Source: Parasitella parasitica NRRL 2501 (lineage: Eukaryota > Fungi > Mucoromycota). Taken from it: a stretch of DNA of 64,000 nt. The notes below the pieces were generated by a model, which saw only the letters and a list, made by a program, of their open reading frames with translations, searched no databases and was not told the DNA's origin. Position 1 is the first letter of the stretch; each line of letters begins with the position of its first letter. The stretch covers positions 1 through 64,000 of the forward strand of contig MU619360.1 in assembly GCA_025201805.1 (NCBI GenBank), in the 5' to 3' direction. Both the position numbers and the translations under genes were made by a program. This document shows, one piece after another, positions 27,836 to 41,432 of this stretch.

Positions 27836-28799
27836 TCTTGATCTGCTGGGTCGTCCTCTATGCACCACCACGTTACAAACCCCATATACTTTATCAATAA
27901 AGCACTATCCTTATCTTCATACAAGACCTTCAGATATTACACAACAATCTTATTATCCAGACATGTCTGTTTAATGGTTACTTTTTACTAGGTTTCCTTT
28001 GCTCGATACATATACTCTTTTCGAACTCTCTCATTGCCGAACTCTCTAAATAGCCCAAGTTCCCAACAATGACCCCCCCCCTAGTTTATTCGCCCAGTCA
28101 ACTCTTTCCTGGAATCATCCACAAAGGTAAATAAGGTTGACAAATGGTTGTGGCTTTGATTCATGAGGGTGGTTTCCTGAGGCTCTTCCACATTAGATTA
28201 ACACTTAATCCAATTAACTGGTCGTATTTCCGCTGCTCTAGAGAGATATACCGCACGTCTAGCTACGGAATACTGACACGCCCGCTTGGGATTGTTTGTT
28301 GTATGTTGTCTCTGGCTCTTGCGTTCCCTTCGTTTCTGTACTGGCGCTACCGGTATCGGTCATTTGTATCCTCCACGTTAGAGTATATTTTTATATTGTA
28401 GGGTCCTCCCCCACCGATTGATTCTTATGATACTTTGCTGGCCCCTCAATAACAAGTGCGCAAACGCGACAATAGGATTCGTCTCCTCGTTTACATTATC
28501 AACTTCTGGGGTTTTTTTTAACTTTCTTTTGTTGCTATGTAGCAGCCTATTTGTGCCCCATGTGTGCCCAGTCTGTGCATATACAACCGATTCAGCCGAT
28601 CATTTTATATATTTCAATCAGCAGCACTCCTCCCCCCCCCCCGTATTGACATCCAAAAGGTTGATTGATCAAGATCAAAATTTGTGATTCATTTTATTCT
28701 AGTATTTTTTGCTGATTGCACCTGCCCGCGGAGCAAGTAAAGGATTCGATGATGTTTCTGAAAAGAAAGCCCTTCTAGAGTTAGGCCTGAACTGTTCGG

Positions 28800-29160
28800 C
28801 AAGTGTCTCTTCTTCCACATCAGCAAAGACTTTTTCGTTTCTCATCTCTGACAAACCCTATCCATTGGAAAAGTGGCAAATCACTAGGCACAACAGACCC
28901 ACTTAAATTAATAGGATCATGTTCAGCAGTATCAGAGCTACTCAATCTTTGGTCGATACAGAATGTAAGGAGGATAGAATCGGTTGAGTACATTGATACA
29001 ATCCTGAATAGAACGGCACATATAACTCTTGGTAACCGAGCGTTGAAATTCAATGATGACAGGAGGAAACGACTGCATGGCAAATGACTGAAGGATATAA
29101 AGCACGTCGCATTCAGCACCATCAGTGAAAGCTCTGTTTGTGCTGGTACAAGCTCTTTCC
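28800..29160 (-). pseudogene. Frameshifted fragment of a repeat-associated hypothetical gene with a PD-(D/E)xK-like core
   Basis: Mixed-frame translation FTDGAECDVLYI..FPPVIIEFQRSVTKSYMCRSIQDCINV..ILLTFCID (D..ExQ pattern). Confidence 0.4.
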
Positions 29161-29339
29161 TACACTTTTAATACACTTGCAGTTATTATATCCACTGTTG
29201 ACTGGTGTCTGATTGTTAACTTGCTGACGCGGGCTTCTCCAGGTTTGTGGGAGCGAGACAATTTGATAGAGCAAGCTCCACAGGGAACCCAAAAATAGAA
29301 TATGAAGATGACATGAAAAATGACATGATGAATGTCTGC

Positions 29340-30037
29340 TGTGTTGATCCCCATTAGCATTTGATGCTGTCGTTACAACGTGGCATCGATAGCAAAAGTT
29401 TCACTGTAAACAATAGCGCTACGATGCATGAGGAAAAATTGACGTCTCTTCTTTTTGTTTGATTTGATTTGATTCAATTAGGTCAGTCATGTTCTTCCAT
29501 CTCTACCTTCCAATTGCGTATGTCGTCATAAGTCAAGATGGATCCGCCGTCAGTTTCACGTATCATGCGTCTTATTTCAGGAACACTGTTGCCTGCACGA
29601 ATCATTTGCTGTACCAAAGCCGTTGTCTCGGATTTTATGAGGGCCCTTTTGGATCTGGGCAAGTGCTGAAAGCTCTCCAAAGTTAAAGGATGGTTATGTG
29701 CCTGCTCATTATTCTCTGCCTTTTGCTTCAGCAACTTCCACTTTGACCCATCAGCAGCCTTCTTCGAATAGCTAATCTTGAAGATGTAGGGACAGTTGGT
29801 TTTCAACGATTTCCTCGTGCGCTGGCGAACAGCAATGGCTTTAAGCTTGGTCTCGCCCCCAAGCTTGCAACGAAGGTGCACACGTCGTTCTTTTTCGTTC
29901 TTGCTGATGACCAATTCAAAAAAGTTCTTTTGGGCCCAGTCTGTCAAGATTTTGACAATCTCTTGGTACGATGCATACTTTGCATTCAAGATTGTTGCCT
30001 CTAGTGGAGTGTCTGGATAATAGTGCTCTTGATTCAT
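29340..30037 (-). mobile_element. Truncated Mutator/MULE transposase (FAR1-like DNA-binding domain plus relic of the first catalytic Asp)
   Basis: WAQKNFFELVI..VHLRCKLGG..RTRKSLKTNCPY..KW..HNHPL. Downstream, out of frame: FFLMH..YSETFAIDATL*, matching the MULE xxIDATYK motif. Confidence 0.75.
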
Positions 30038-30397
30038 TGTTCACAGTTGTATAGGTATACAATTGTAAAAAAAAAAAAAAGCCCTTGCCCCGTCTGTTTA
30101 TAAGCAACCCCAAATTGTGATTTCACGTGAACACTCCTTTGTCTACCACCTCCCAACAAAGGTGTCTCGAGATCACAGCGTCAGTCAAGTCTAACCCATA
30201 CAACTGCATCATCGCTGTTGGTTGCCATGAACTACTGGCAGACACAAGCCCTATCGCCCAGCACTTGTATTGCACCTTTCCCCCCCCCCCCTCACTTGAC
30301 TCCTTTTGATTCATCTTCTTTTTATTTATATTTAAACACACATAATTGATATATATAACAAATATTTTTTTTTCTTTTATACAAAGCGAACAAAAAC

Positions 30398-31755
30398 TTA
30401 TTGTTCAGGAGTCCACTTCTTGAGACGGATGGAGTGGACTTTGATGAAGCCATCGGCATCTTGAGGGTTGTAGCCACCTTGTTCGTCCATGGAAGATTCT
30501 TGCATATCATAGAGCTTGGCGCCGTCACCGCGAGCAATACGGCCTTCGATCACAGTGTTACCCTTGTAAAGCTTCAACTTGACATCGCCAGAGACATTGC
30601 GTTGTGTGAACTCGATAGACTTGGCCAAGAACTCACATTCAGGAGAAAAGTATTGGCCATTGTAGAGGGCTTTGCTGTAAGGAACAGTGATGTTTTGATC
30701 GCGAAGAGCACGCAATTGGCCGTCCAAAGTCAAGCCTTCAAGATCCTTGTGAGCAGTACGCAAGATGGTTCCACCGGGGGTTTCGTAGCAACCACGAGAC
30801 TTGACACCGATGAAGCGAGATTCAACAATGTCAATACGGCCAATACCATTACGACGGGCAACTGTGTTGAGGTAAGTAAAGAGCTTGACAGGCTCAGTTT
30901 CTTCTTGGCCATCGTTGTGGTTAACAACCTTGACAGGGATACCCTTATCGAAAGTGATGGTGATGCGTTCGGGAGTGTTGGGAGCATCCTCAGGGTCGAT
31001 GGTGAGCTTCCACATATCCTTGGGTGGAGTAATGTTGGGGTCTTCGAGAATACCAGCTTCATAAGAGATATGGAACAAGTTCTCGTCAGTAGACCAAGGC
31101 TTGGCCTTTGTTTGAGCGACGTGGATGCCCTTTTCAGAAGCAAAGTCCAAAAGAGCACTACGACCAGCGAAGCGTTCAAAGAAAACTAGGCAAAACATAT
31201 TGGTAAATATGTCTCCACTTGTATTATGGCCCAATAAACTTACCAGGTAATCTCCAAGGAGCAATGACTTCAATGTCAGACTTCAAAGCATAGTAAGCAA
31301 GTTCGAAACGAACTTGATCGTTACCCTTACCAGTGCAGCCGTGAGAAACATATTGACAGCCTTCACGCTCAGCAATCTCAATTTGCTTACGGGCAATAAC
31401 GGGACGAGCTAAAGAAGTACCCAAGAGATAGACGGATTCGTAAATGGCATTAGCTTGAATGGCAGGGAAGATTTGCTCCTTGACGAATTCCTCCTTGAGG
31501 TCCTATACATAGTAAAAGATGCTATTAAATGGCTGATCTACATACACACGTGTTGAGACATTCTACCTCTACAAAGACCTTGGTGGCACCAACGCTCAAG
31601 GCCTTGGCCTTGATGGCTTCGAAATCCTCTTCTTGACCAACATCGGCAATGTAAGCCAAAGTTTCATAGCCTTGTTCAATCAACCAAGCCAAAATGACAG
31701 AGGTATCCAAACCACCAGAATATGCAAGAAGAACCTTTCCTTTATCACCAGCCAT
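30398..31755 (-). CDS. ARG1: Argininosuccinate synthase (3 exons)
   Basis: [63 protein letters not shown]. Confidence 0.97.
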
Positions 31756-32092
31756 TGTTGTTGTAATTGTTTCTTTTATTAAAAAAATAAAGAGTTGAAA
31801 GAAGAAGAGGAAAATGCAAGACCGATGTCAAACCATTTATATATACGAGACCAAGCAAAATGTTGGGATACCGCTCCATCAGCAAGCTTGATATATACGC
31901 CATGACGCTGCTACATAGATGTAAACAACCATGTCTCATTCGCGCAACTTTTATCCAATTTGTTCATGCCTTGAGTTAACCCCCCCATCCTACCATACAT
32001 CTTTGTTGCTATGCTATGGGAAGCCTTTTTTTTTTTTGCACTAAAAGCCTTCATTAATCGGACTCTAATCTATCTTGTTGTATGATAAACGA

Positions 32093-32099
32093 TGAGTCA
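32093..32099. promoter_or_regulatory. Gcn4/Cpc1 (AP-1) site TGASTCA upstream of ARG1
   Basis: Exact TGAGTCA ~340 bp upstream of the ARG1 ATG. ARG1 is a classic general-amino-acid-control target. Confidence 0.45.
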
Positions 32100-32110
32100 G
32101 AGTTCCTAAA

Positions 32111-32630
32111 TACGGTTGTCAGTCATAGGGGAATACCCCGCCCCAAGTCGATCTTCGCTCCACACTTTTATGCTTCCATTTTGAATTCATTTGATTCTCA
32201 GGAAAGAGGATATTTGTTTTTGCTTTTCAAGCCAAATCTATAGTTTGAGAGCTGCCTACATTCGAGCACTTGACTAAATTCTTTGATAAAGATCCTCATG
32301 TCCGAGTATATGACGCTGTTATTGAACTCGCTAAAAGTTTCGATTTACATGTAATTTGAATATCGTCAAAAAAAAAAAAGAAAAAAAGAAAAGAAAAACC
32401 ATAAAAGTGCTGAAAACTAAAGAGAGACGTGAATGAGACGAAACTTGGTCGAATGCTGTTATGGACCACTCCAAAAAGTGTAGTTTTATCGACGAAAGTG
32501 CCTTTGATGTCAACATAAACTCACTTCCGGCAGGATCAACCAGAGGCACTCGTGCCAAAATTATCACATCTTCAGCACCGGCAGTTAGTCATTCAGGCAG
32601 CCAATGGAACTTATTGATCCTTTAGCACCC
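32111..32630 (+). mobile_element. Decayed Tc1/mariner-IS630 DDE transposase relic
   Basis: EHLTKFFDKDPHVRVYDAVIELAKSF (HTH-like) and MDHSKKCSFIDESAFDVNI..TRGTRA..AVSH (FIDES first-Asp motif), with stops and frameshifts. Confidence 0.7.
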
Positions 32631-33854
32631 AGGAAAATTAACTTCCTACTAGAATAGCCTCTCAGGTCGTCCACCTTCTTTAATTTACTCTGGGGGTGTC
32701 AATTGCTAGAATTTCGACCATTTATATGATGCCATCGGAAAAAGCCTTTTGCAACCAACCAAAACATTGGATAACAAATACCTTTTGGTTTGGTTTTCAA
32801 AACATGAGAGAACGAGCAAAAATATCCATGCGAACCAGGTTTATGAAAGCTGATTTTGGATTGGGTTGACTACCTAATGGCTTTACTTTTACATAACTGA
32901 TTGCTGCGTTGTCTGCTTTTTTCGGAAACGCTACTATCGTTGCATCCGGCCTCCATACTATTGTGCCACCATCTTGACGGCTTAGCCATACGAGGTGTTT
33001 GCAATGGAGTATATGGAAGTATCATGAGCATTGAATGGTTTTCATCGTCCCGCTCTCTGTTGTTGTAAAATGAAACCTCCCGATTTCGCATCAGCGTATA
33101 CATATACATCAACGTATGTTAAAACTGGGCAAGTTAAGATTTGTTGACTTGAATCAACAGCTCTCAAGCAAAAGTGCATAAGCAATCAGAAGTTCTCATT
33201 TTCGTGTGCTCCCATATTGAATTTTTGATTGCTGACAACACCTTCAAATTGATAGGCTGGTTATCTTCACTTGAAAAATTGTTCTGCTACTATATAAAAT
33301 ATTAATAAATTAACTGCCCTTTCACTTTTTCAAGCTTGCAATATATCATTCGGCTACATGTTGGGCTGAAGAATCGCAAATTCCAAGCTGAATTTTCAAG
33401 ACATGTATCGTTAACAGATGGTACATTGAATGCATTTAAAATGGCCTTTATGGAAAAGCTCTAGCTACTATAAGGAGCTTTCACATACGACACTTTATGC
33501 AACGAGGAACGTCCTTGTTCAAAAAGCCATCAAGCAGAATAGTGATATTCCAAAATAATATCAGACGAATTTATGGTTGCTCACAGCCATTAGTCGATGT
33601 TCATTTATAATACTCATCTAGTTGAGGTGAGAGGCCACGTCGAAATCAACAACGCGTTATTACAATCGAATGATTCCTCTTCTAATTTTCATTATACTTG
33701 ATCTCCTTGGTGGTACAATCAATTATGCATACATTTCGATAAGCCGACACCTGGTAGCTTTTATAGATGGAGAAAAATTGTTGATCTTCGACTTGTTGTT
33801 TCTTTTTTTTTTGCTTTGCTTTGCTTTGCTTTGCATTGTACGTAAAATATAACA

Positions 33855-35810
33855 ATGGCTATCTCTGCATCAAGAGCCGACATAACAACCATTTCTGCTG
33901 CCACTGTAGCCACCATCACAGCGTTTTTGATGTGGAAATACCCTGATCGTGCCGTTTTCAGAGAGCATCGTGCTGGACTTATTGATCTCGAAGGAACACC
34001 TATTTTGGGGAATCTTCCAGGCATGGTACTGAATGGCGACAGGTTTTATGACTATTTGACTGAACATTTCGAAAGGCTAAACACCTTGACATTGTAAGTA
34101 CGAGACCTTCTTTCATGTGCCCATGCGTGTATTTTATAAACTTGTCAAATAGCCGCACTACTCGCATTTTCATGCCAAACATGATTCACACTACTGATCC
34201 ACGGAACATCGAGCATATATTAAAGAGTATGCAGCCAATGTTTACCGAAAACTTCAACTAACGACTTACACACANNNNNNNNNNNNNNNNNNNNAAAAAA
34301 AAAAAAAATAGACAACTTTGAGGGATATATCAAAGGGCCCTCATTTGACTACATGATGCACGAGCTTTTAGGAAAAGGTATTTTCAATTCAGACGGTGAT
34401 CGATGGAAGATGCAGCGCAAAACGGCAAGTCGAATCTTCCATGTAAAGAATTTTCGTGACCAATTCACAAGGTATATGTGTGATATCCTTATTGAGCATC
34501 AAAATCACCAAATACTAAATGCAGCCAGTGTGTTTGTGAACGAAATTAACTTGGCCTCACGGGAGATATTTGACAAAGCCGCTGTTTCAGGAGAAGTCAT
34601 TGATTTTCATGATATTATGCTTCGCTTCACCATGGACTCATTTGCAGAGTGAGTCCGTCGAATATTCTGTCGTACACTATTAACTAATCTTTATATTTAG
34701 ACTGGGCTTTGGCGTTGCGTTAAACTCGCTTCTAAAGCGAGCCGAATTTGCAGACTCGTTTGATGCATTGCAATCGCACGCATTCAATAGATTCGTAATG
34801 CCTGGTATTGACGCATATGAAACGGCAAAGCATTACTTGACATATTGGAGCAAAACTAAATCCATAAAACAGCACTTGGAAACAGTCGATACTTTTGCTG
34901 AAAATCTGATCAAGCAACGTCGTGAAGAAGAGGCGGCAGCAAAATTAGTAGGCGTTCAGTTGGAAAAGCAAGACTTGCTGTCTCGTTTCATGCGAGAAAC
35001 ATATGCTTCCGGCGAGACGCTTGATGATGTTGATTTGAGAGACACTATTCTTAACTTTATCATTGCTGGGAGAGACACAACTGCGCAGGCGCTTACGTGG
35101 ACATTCTACCAGCTGATGCTTTATCCAGAAGTCCAAGCAAAGGTGCATGCCGAAGCCGAGCAGTTTATCAGCAAAGAGGTAGAAGCAAATTCGTCTAGAC
35201 TATATTCAGCCATCCAAGATATGGTATACTCCCATGCAGTGTATGTTAATCAGACGGTCTTCTTTTATGTGTCTTGTTATTAACAACCCTATGATAAACA
35301 GGTTTTTCGAGGTGCTGAGGCTGTATCCATCTGTACCTGGTAACCAAAAGGAGGCCGTCAAGGATGATGTATGGCCTGATGGAACTAGAATTTTCAAGGG
35401 CGATTATGTCTCATGGCAGCCCTACTGCCAAGGTCGTTTAACAAAGGTATGGGGTGTAGATGCAAAGGAATTCAAGCCAGAGCGTTGGATATCAGAAGCA
35501 GATGGATCCCTTGTACGTGCATCACCTTTTCAATGGTCTGCATTTAATGCCGGTCCTCGTGTATGTTTAGGTAACGTAAACAAAACAAAACAAAACAAAA
35601 AAAGGTTCATCGTTGTGCTCTCAAAGTAACATGCTTTTTGTACATTTAGGTCAAAACTTGGCCATTTTGGAGGCTTTGGTGGCCATTCTCCTCATGGTAA
35701 AAAGATACAAGTTTCATCAGGCTCCCGGTCAAAAGGTAGAGGTCCTGAATTTAATAACCTTATCAATGAAGGATGGGCTCAAGATCACCGTTGAAAAGCG
35801 AAAGCCATAA
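33855..35810 (+). CDS. Cytochrome P450, CYP86/94/704-like (fatty-acid hydroxylase type), multi-exon
   Basis: LLGKGIFNSDG, I-helix AGRDTT, EVLR, PERW, heme motif FNAGPRVCLG. Confidence 0.95.
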
Positions 35811-38800
35811 TGCAATTTAAATGTACTATTGTATCAACCTTCTTCTCCCTGGCCAGCTATATTGTTTAACAATGAAAATTGCATATCAGATGTAATAAAC
35901 CGATTTTATGTGCATTCACATGTAACAGTCTAATATACATGACCCTGACTAAACAAGGAAGGGGGAAAGGGTGGTGGGGGGTGATCAACACCTGCTAAAT
36001 TCATCATCATTTAACAATTGCTTAGAACAGTGGTTAATATATTAAAATCCCTTGAAAAGACGCAAGTTTAAGGAGCATGTTTGGATCACCTATTTATAAT
36101 TTTGAAAAACAATGCAAATGGATGTACTAAATGTCTTGGTTCCGTTGATCATACATTATATACCTGCTTGAACAGCAATATGCTGACACATGTGATCATC
36201 AACTCCTTGCGATACATGTACAGAATTATGCCTGTAATGATTCGATTTTTAAACAATATCAGCCCTGTATCCAAATACTTGCACGCTACTTTTTGTGTAA
36301 ATACCATATTATACTGTAATGATGACACCTCTATGTTGTTTACATCAACAAGCGGATAACGCTAGCATGTGAAAGATCGAGATTAGAACAATCAACAATG
36401 CAAAATGGGCGGATCCTAAATATGTCAACTGGCTTGTCATTTATAAAGCATTTTTTTTACATGCTCTTGAAGCCGTGTTTAGAAGCTTCACTAACGTAAG
36501 AATCGTAACTTAGTATACAATTAATACGAAATTCTTACTTGGTTTACACACAAACAAGGTAAGCTGAGCCGTATCGAGGCCTTTTGTTTACATTGTAACC
36601 GTCAAATGTGGCTGATCATTTTGAGGTCTGACTAAATTCAGGGGTAATTTTGTTTTGCTCAATGTGGCGTCAAATCTCTTGATTGGAGCCCCTAAGAACA
36701 GAATCCCATCGTATTATATATAAATATACAAGGTCGGTTGTCGTTTGGCGAATAATACCAGTTTAGCAAAAACAACTGACCTGTTTTATTTATAATCAAT
36801 TGTAATATGAGTTGACCAAAACAAACTGATAGACTATTATCATCAATAATATTTACAGCGTTTCATATGTACAATCAATCAACCCAATCATATCCATGTT
36901 TATTCCTATAAGTATGGAAGCCCCAATATTCCGGGATAACGCATTGGGTTTGGGCACCCATAATATTTATTCAAAAAGCTTGCTAGCAAAGAAGACTGGG
37001 CATAAGGATCGCACTTGCTTAGCCATACGACAGCGCAAATAAACTTGGCATGGTTATTTATGCATAAAAATATTTGTGTGCACAAGAATAAAGTTCACGA
37101 CAAGTTTCAAGTATGCATGTTATGCATGCATGTACGCAGATCAGAAAAAAAAACATTAGCTTTTTCACAGCACAGATCTGAAAAAGAAACCCATCTTGAA
37201 TTTAATAGCCAAGAAATTAATTAAACCGGTTGATATCAACAATAGATTGGCTCCAGTAACTTTGAAGAGTGATTTTTCAAAAAGCTTCTAAAGTAGACCA
37301 ACAACACGGCCATGATAATAATGATACCTTAAAAANNNNNNNNNNAAAAAAAAAAAAAAAAAAAAAAAAACGGGGCCAATGGGAGCACGTATGTACCTGG
37401 CATTGATTAATGCTATATAAGATATACATGCCCGAATCAAATATACATAACCTTGTTTACAATCTAAAATATGAGGCTCCAAAATGATCTTTTCTATATG
37501 TCATGATCTTTTCCGTGATTTTACAAAGATAAAAGACCTCTACTAGTCTCTATAAACGGCTGAATTCCTGCCTTGTCCTACTCTGCCGAGATCGGGTAAA
37601 ACTTCCTTTTAAATGCGACGTTACATGTATTTTCTCGTATGTTACATGTATTTAGATAATGGTCTGAATTCCACAGATCAAAATAGTTACATTTCATGGT
37701 TTATCAATGTGATTTATGTATGTAAGCGTACATGCAACATGATTTTATTAAAAAAAAAAGGAATGATATTGCATTCTATTGAGTCGATTTATCTGCATGA
37801 TTGTTTTTTTTTTCTATTGTGGAATTTACTTGTATAGAAGCCAGATTTTAATTTCAAGCGTAAAGTCACTTTAGAAGCTAAAGGAGAGGGCATCTTGATA
37901 TCCATATGTGCCATGTACGATGAATTCACCCGTTTTAAAGGCATCTCCTTGCTGAATGTTACAGCACATTGTTCGACATAAGGGTATATTATATGTAATC
38001 GTTTTACATTGTCTGATATAAAACTATAAATCACTGGGGGAACACAAGTATGAAATAGGAAAAGGCTTATTTACCTGGACATCCTATGCGTGCGGCACCC
38101 AATGAACCTAAAAAAACATACTGTGCCACGCTGATGTATCCAAGAACGAAAGGAATTTGTTGTCGTCGGATGATGTTCTTAATTTAGACGGTATCTTTGA
38201 TGATGATGATTTTCGCTCTTATCAAAAAAAAAAAAAAAAAGAAGGGGCTTTGGATTATGTACTGAAAGGAGTTCTTGTTATTGTTTATATGCTTCTGTTC
38301 CCAAGGATTTAAAAAGCACTATACAATATTCGAGGGGAGTGGGGGGAGGGAAGGGACGATGTAAAGGGGACAATCTATATACAAGACACAGTTTAAAATG
38401 TACAAACACAGATTATTTGATCAATGATACTAAAATATCTTGTTTGTGTAATCATCATTATGAAATATATTTCTGTTCATGATGTCGGTACATATCTAGC
38501 AGATTATGTATATGATCTATATTGTAATATTTTAAATTGATGAAAATACAATGGGTGTAATGAGCTTACTCCTTCTGCTTTAATGACTTTCTTATATATG
38601 CTTTCTTTATGCTAAGATTATATAATAATGAAATAAATAGAAGCAGGGTCAAACATCATTTTAAAAAAAAATCAGGTCGCGTGCTGTGTAACTCCATGGC
38701 ATTCAAATGAAATCATTATCGTTATCATGCCTTGTTCTGCATAGCATCTTGAGTGTTCTAAACATCGATAAATTGTTGTCATGGTAACCTGAAAAATGAA

Positions 38801-39066
38801 TCGAACCCTGTTCCCATGAAAACATATACATGATTTGATGTTGTTAGCGCCGCATCACTCTCTTTATCTATACCACACTCCTAAAATGGACTCGCCGTCT
38901 GTTCCTTTATTCTGTTTCCAATTTAGATTCTCCTTATGCGTAGCAAAACAATATAATAATGTATACTCTAAACCTTAAATGTTTGTGTATGTCAAAATAC
39001 AAGTTTTTCTTCTTTTTTCATCCACCTCTCTCTCTCTCTTTCTCTCTTTTTCTACATTAAAATATA

Positions 39067-40143
39067 ATGATGACAATACAATCGATGGATTTTTTACCTT
39101 ATTACGATCCCACTTATTCTGTCAAGCAACCCTTTGCATATAACCAGCAAGCACAGCAGCAACAATGGACTGAACAGCTATTCATTCCACAATCAATCAT
39201 TTCACCACCACAACCACCGCAGGAGACTAAGCAACAATTACTATTATCAGCTCCAAACGATCTCTCAGTAATGAGCCAAAAAGTGATTCGATTATTATGC
39301 TGTGGAAACACAATTTGGGACATGGATAGAATAACAAATTTCTCGAACTTTTGTGATCGATTAATGTTGCAAATTGACATTCCTAAGTCGGTTGTGTACA
39401 CTAGGTGAGTGTTCAATCATTTTTGCATGTATAATGTATGTTATTAATAGAGTTTTTTTTTTTTTCTTTTTTTTTCTTAGCTTGAAATACATTCAGCGTA
39501 TCTTGGCAAATAGCGTAAACGAATACAATTTAATCGATCTATCAGATATCGCACATGAGTATTCTTTATTTACTGTATCACTCTTGCTGGCGTACAAGTT
39601 TCTTGAAGACAATCCTCCGTTTATGGTAATATAGCATAACCAAAAACATGTCAACGATTATATATTAATAAATAATACTAATAGCGTCAATGGTCCTTTG
39701 TATCAATGATTCCAATAGAAGACCTTGTCAGAGTCGAATCACAAATACTGCAGAAACTTGACTATTCACTTGATATTTCAGTCGAAACATTTGATGAATG
39801 GACCGACCAATGTAACGAGATATTCCATGGCGTTCAAGATATTTTTAAGTATGATTTGCACATGACTCGAGCTCGACTTGGATGCAGCATTTTATTACCG
39901 GTTTTATTAGATGATTTCTATTTTAATCATTATCAACAAGAGCAACAGATGATGATGATGTTGATGCAGCCACAACAAGAATTGTTCATACCTACACCAA
40001 CAGAACAGCAATATGATGAGCCATACTTTTATGATTTAAATGATACTATAATGACCACAAACATGTATTTGCAAGAGCACCAAGTACCCGTACCCATGGA
40101 TCCTTTGTGGTACTTGACACATAATAATAGCACCATTTTTTAG
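39067..40143 (+). CDS. Pcl/Pho80-type cyclin-box protein (3 exons)
   Basis: IPKSVVYTSLKYIQR, LFTVSLLLAYKFLEDN, W..SMIPIEDLVRVESQILQKLDYSL. Confidence 0.8.
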
Positions 40144-40368
40144 ATTTGTTTGTTTATCACACGCACAAGCTCACGCACACCTTTATACATATGCACATAT
40201 TACATTTTCTTTATATACTTTTCTCTTTTGTATTCATTCTCGCTATATCCCCCACCCCCTTTATATTCTTCATCGCTTTTAAGTATAGATGTACAGCACC
40301 AGCATCACTTGTAAAATAAACTCTTCTATCTTGATCAAGTATTTATTTACAACCATCTAAAAAAAAAT

Positions 40369-41432
40369 CTATCGCTTTCCTCTCTTCTTTTCAAATTTTT
40401 TACTCTTGTCACCAAATTTCTTTTTGGCGTCAAAGTTGTTGGCATATTCTCTCTTTGACTGAAGACGAACAGCCTTTTCGGTATTTACAATGTCATTCTT
40501 TCCAACAATCTTTTTGAGAATGTCCAACGAACTGTTCTTTTCAGCTTTGATATCGCCAACAGTAGGGCTGAATTGGTGCGTAACGCCCTTCATCTTGGTT
40601 TCTCCCTTCAACTTGCTGTCAAATTTACCAACACTTGCAGTAGCCTTTTTAGAGGCTGCAATGGCAGTCTGCAGTTCCTCCTTTTTAAATTCTTTAATAT
40701 CTTTTTTACCGGCCAAGGTAGCAGCAGCAGCTTCTTCTTGATTACGACGCTGACGTTTAGTGTTCTTCTCTGAGCGCCCCTTCTTCTCCTCACGTACTTT
40801 AGCATATTGATCTTCCATGGGATCCCCATGATCGGGAACGGGCAAGAGCCAATCGTGCTCCAATGTTCCTTCAGGTTTGGCTCCCTTGTAACCCCATCGA
40901 GGTGTGTATTCGCCTGTATCTTCGTCATAAACCATACGATCACGTTTCTTATTCTGAATGCCCTTAGTCTTAGCAAACTTCTCCCATCTGGTAAGAGGCT
41001 TGTCCTTGGGCAAAGGCTTTTCACGAGGCAATACACTCACACGACCAGGCAATTGTGCCAAAACACCGGCATCAGCACTGGTGACAGGCAGCTTGAAGAG
41101 CTCGTTGACAATCAACTGAGTATTGTCTCTGGTTAGATCCAAAATGTATTTGTCTGTAGTATTCTTGCTCCTAGTCATACATGTTAATTATGCGACATTT
41201 CTGCAAGTGATTTTGATCTTTCTTACTTGAGGGTCTTTTCATCCAAAGCGTTAGTATCGAATGCTGACAGAAGATTGATGTCAAAGTCAAGAGGTACCAG
41301 TTTTTCGACAGTAATGGGTTTACTAACAAAGTATTCGAGATCATTTAAGTCCGCAGATTCTCGGTATAAATGTCCAATGTTTCCAACTTACAACTGAGCT
41401 TGATGAGCTTCTAAGATCTCGGTAACATCCAT
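40369..41432 (-). CDS. RRS1: Ribosome biogenesis regulatory protein (3 exons)
   Basis: TRDNTQLIVNELFKLP, LPREKPLPK.KPLTRWEKFAK.KGI, PRWGYKG, ATASVGKFD. Confidence 0.95.

Noticed and set aside
30401-31189. 262-aa plus-strand ORF
   Set aside because: Antisense shadow of ARG1, caused by strong codon bias.
33855-35810. P450 as part of a biosynthetic gene cluster
   Set aside because: No backbone synthase or tailoring genes nearby.
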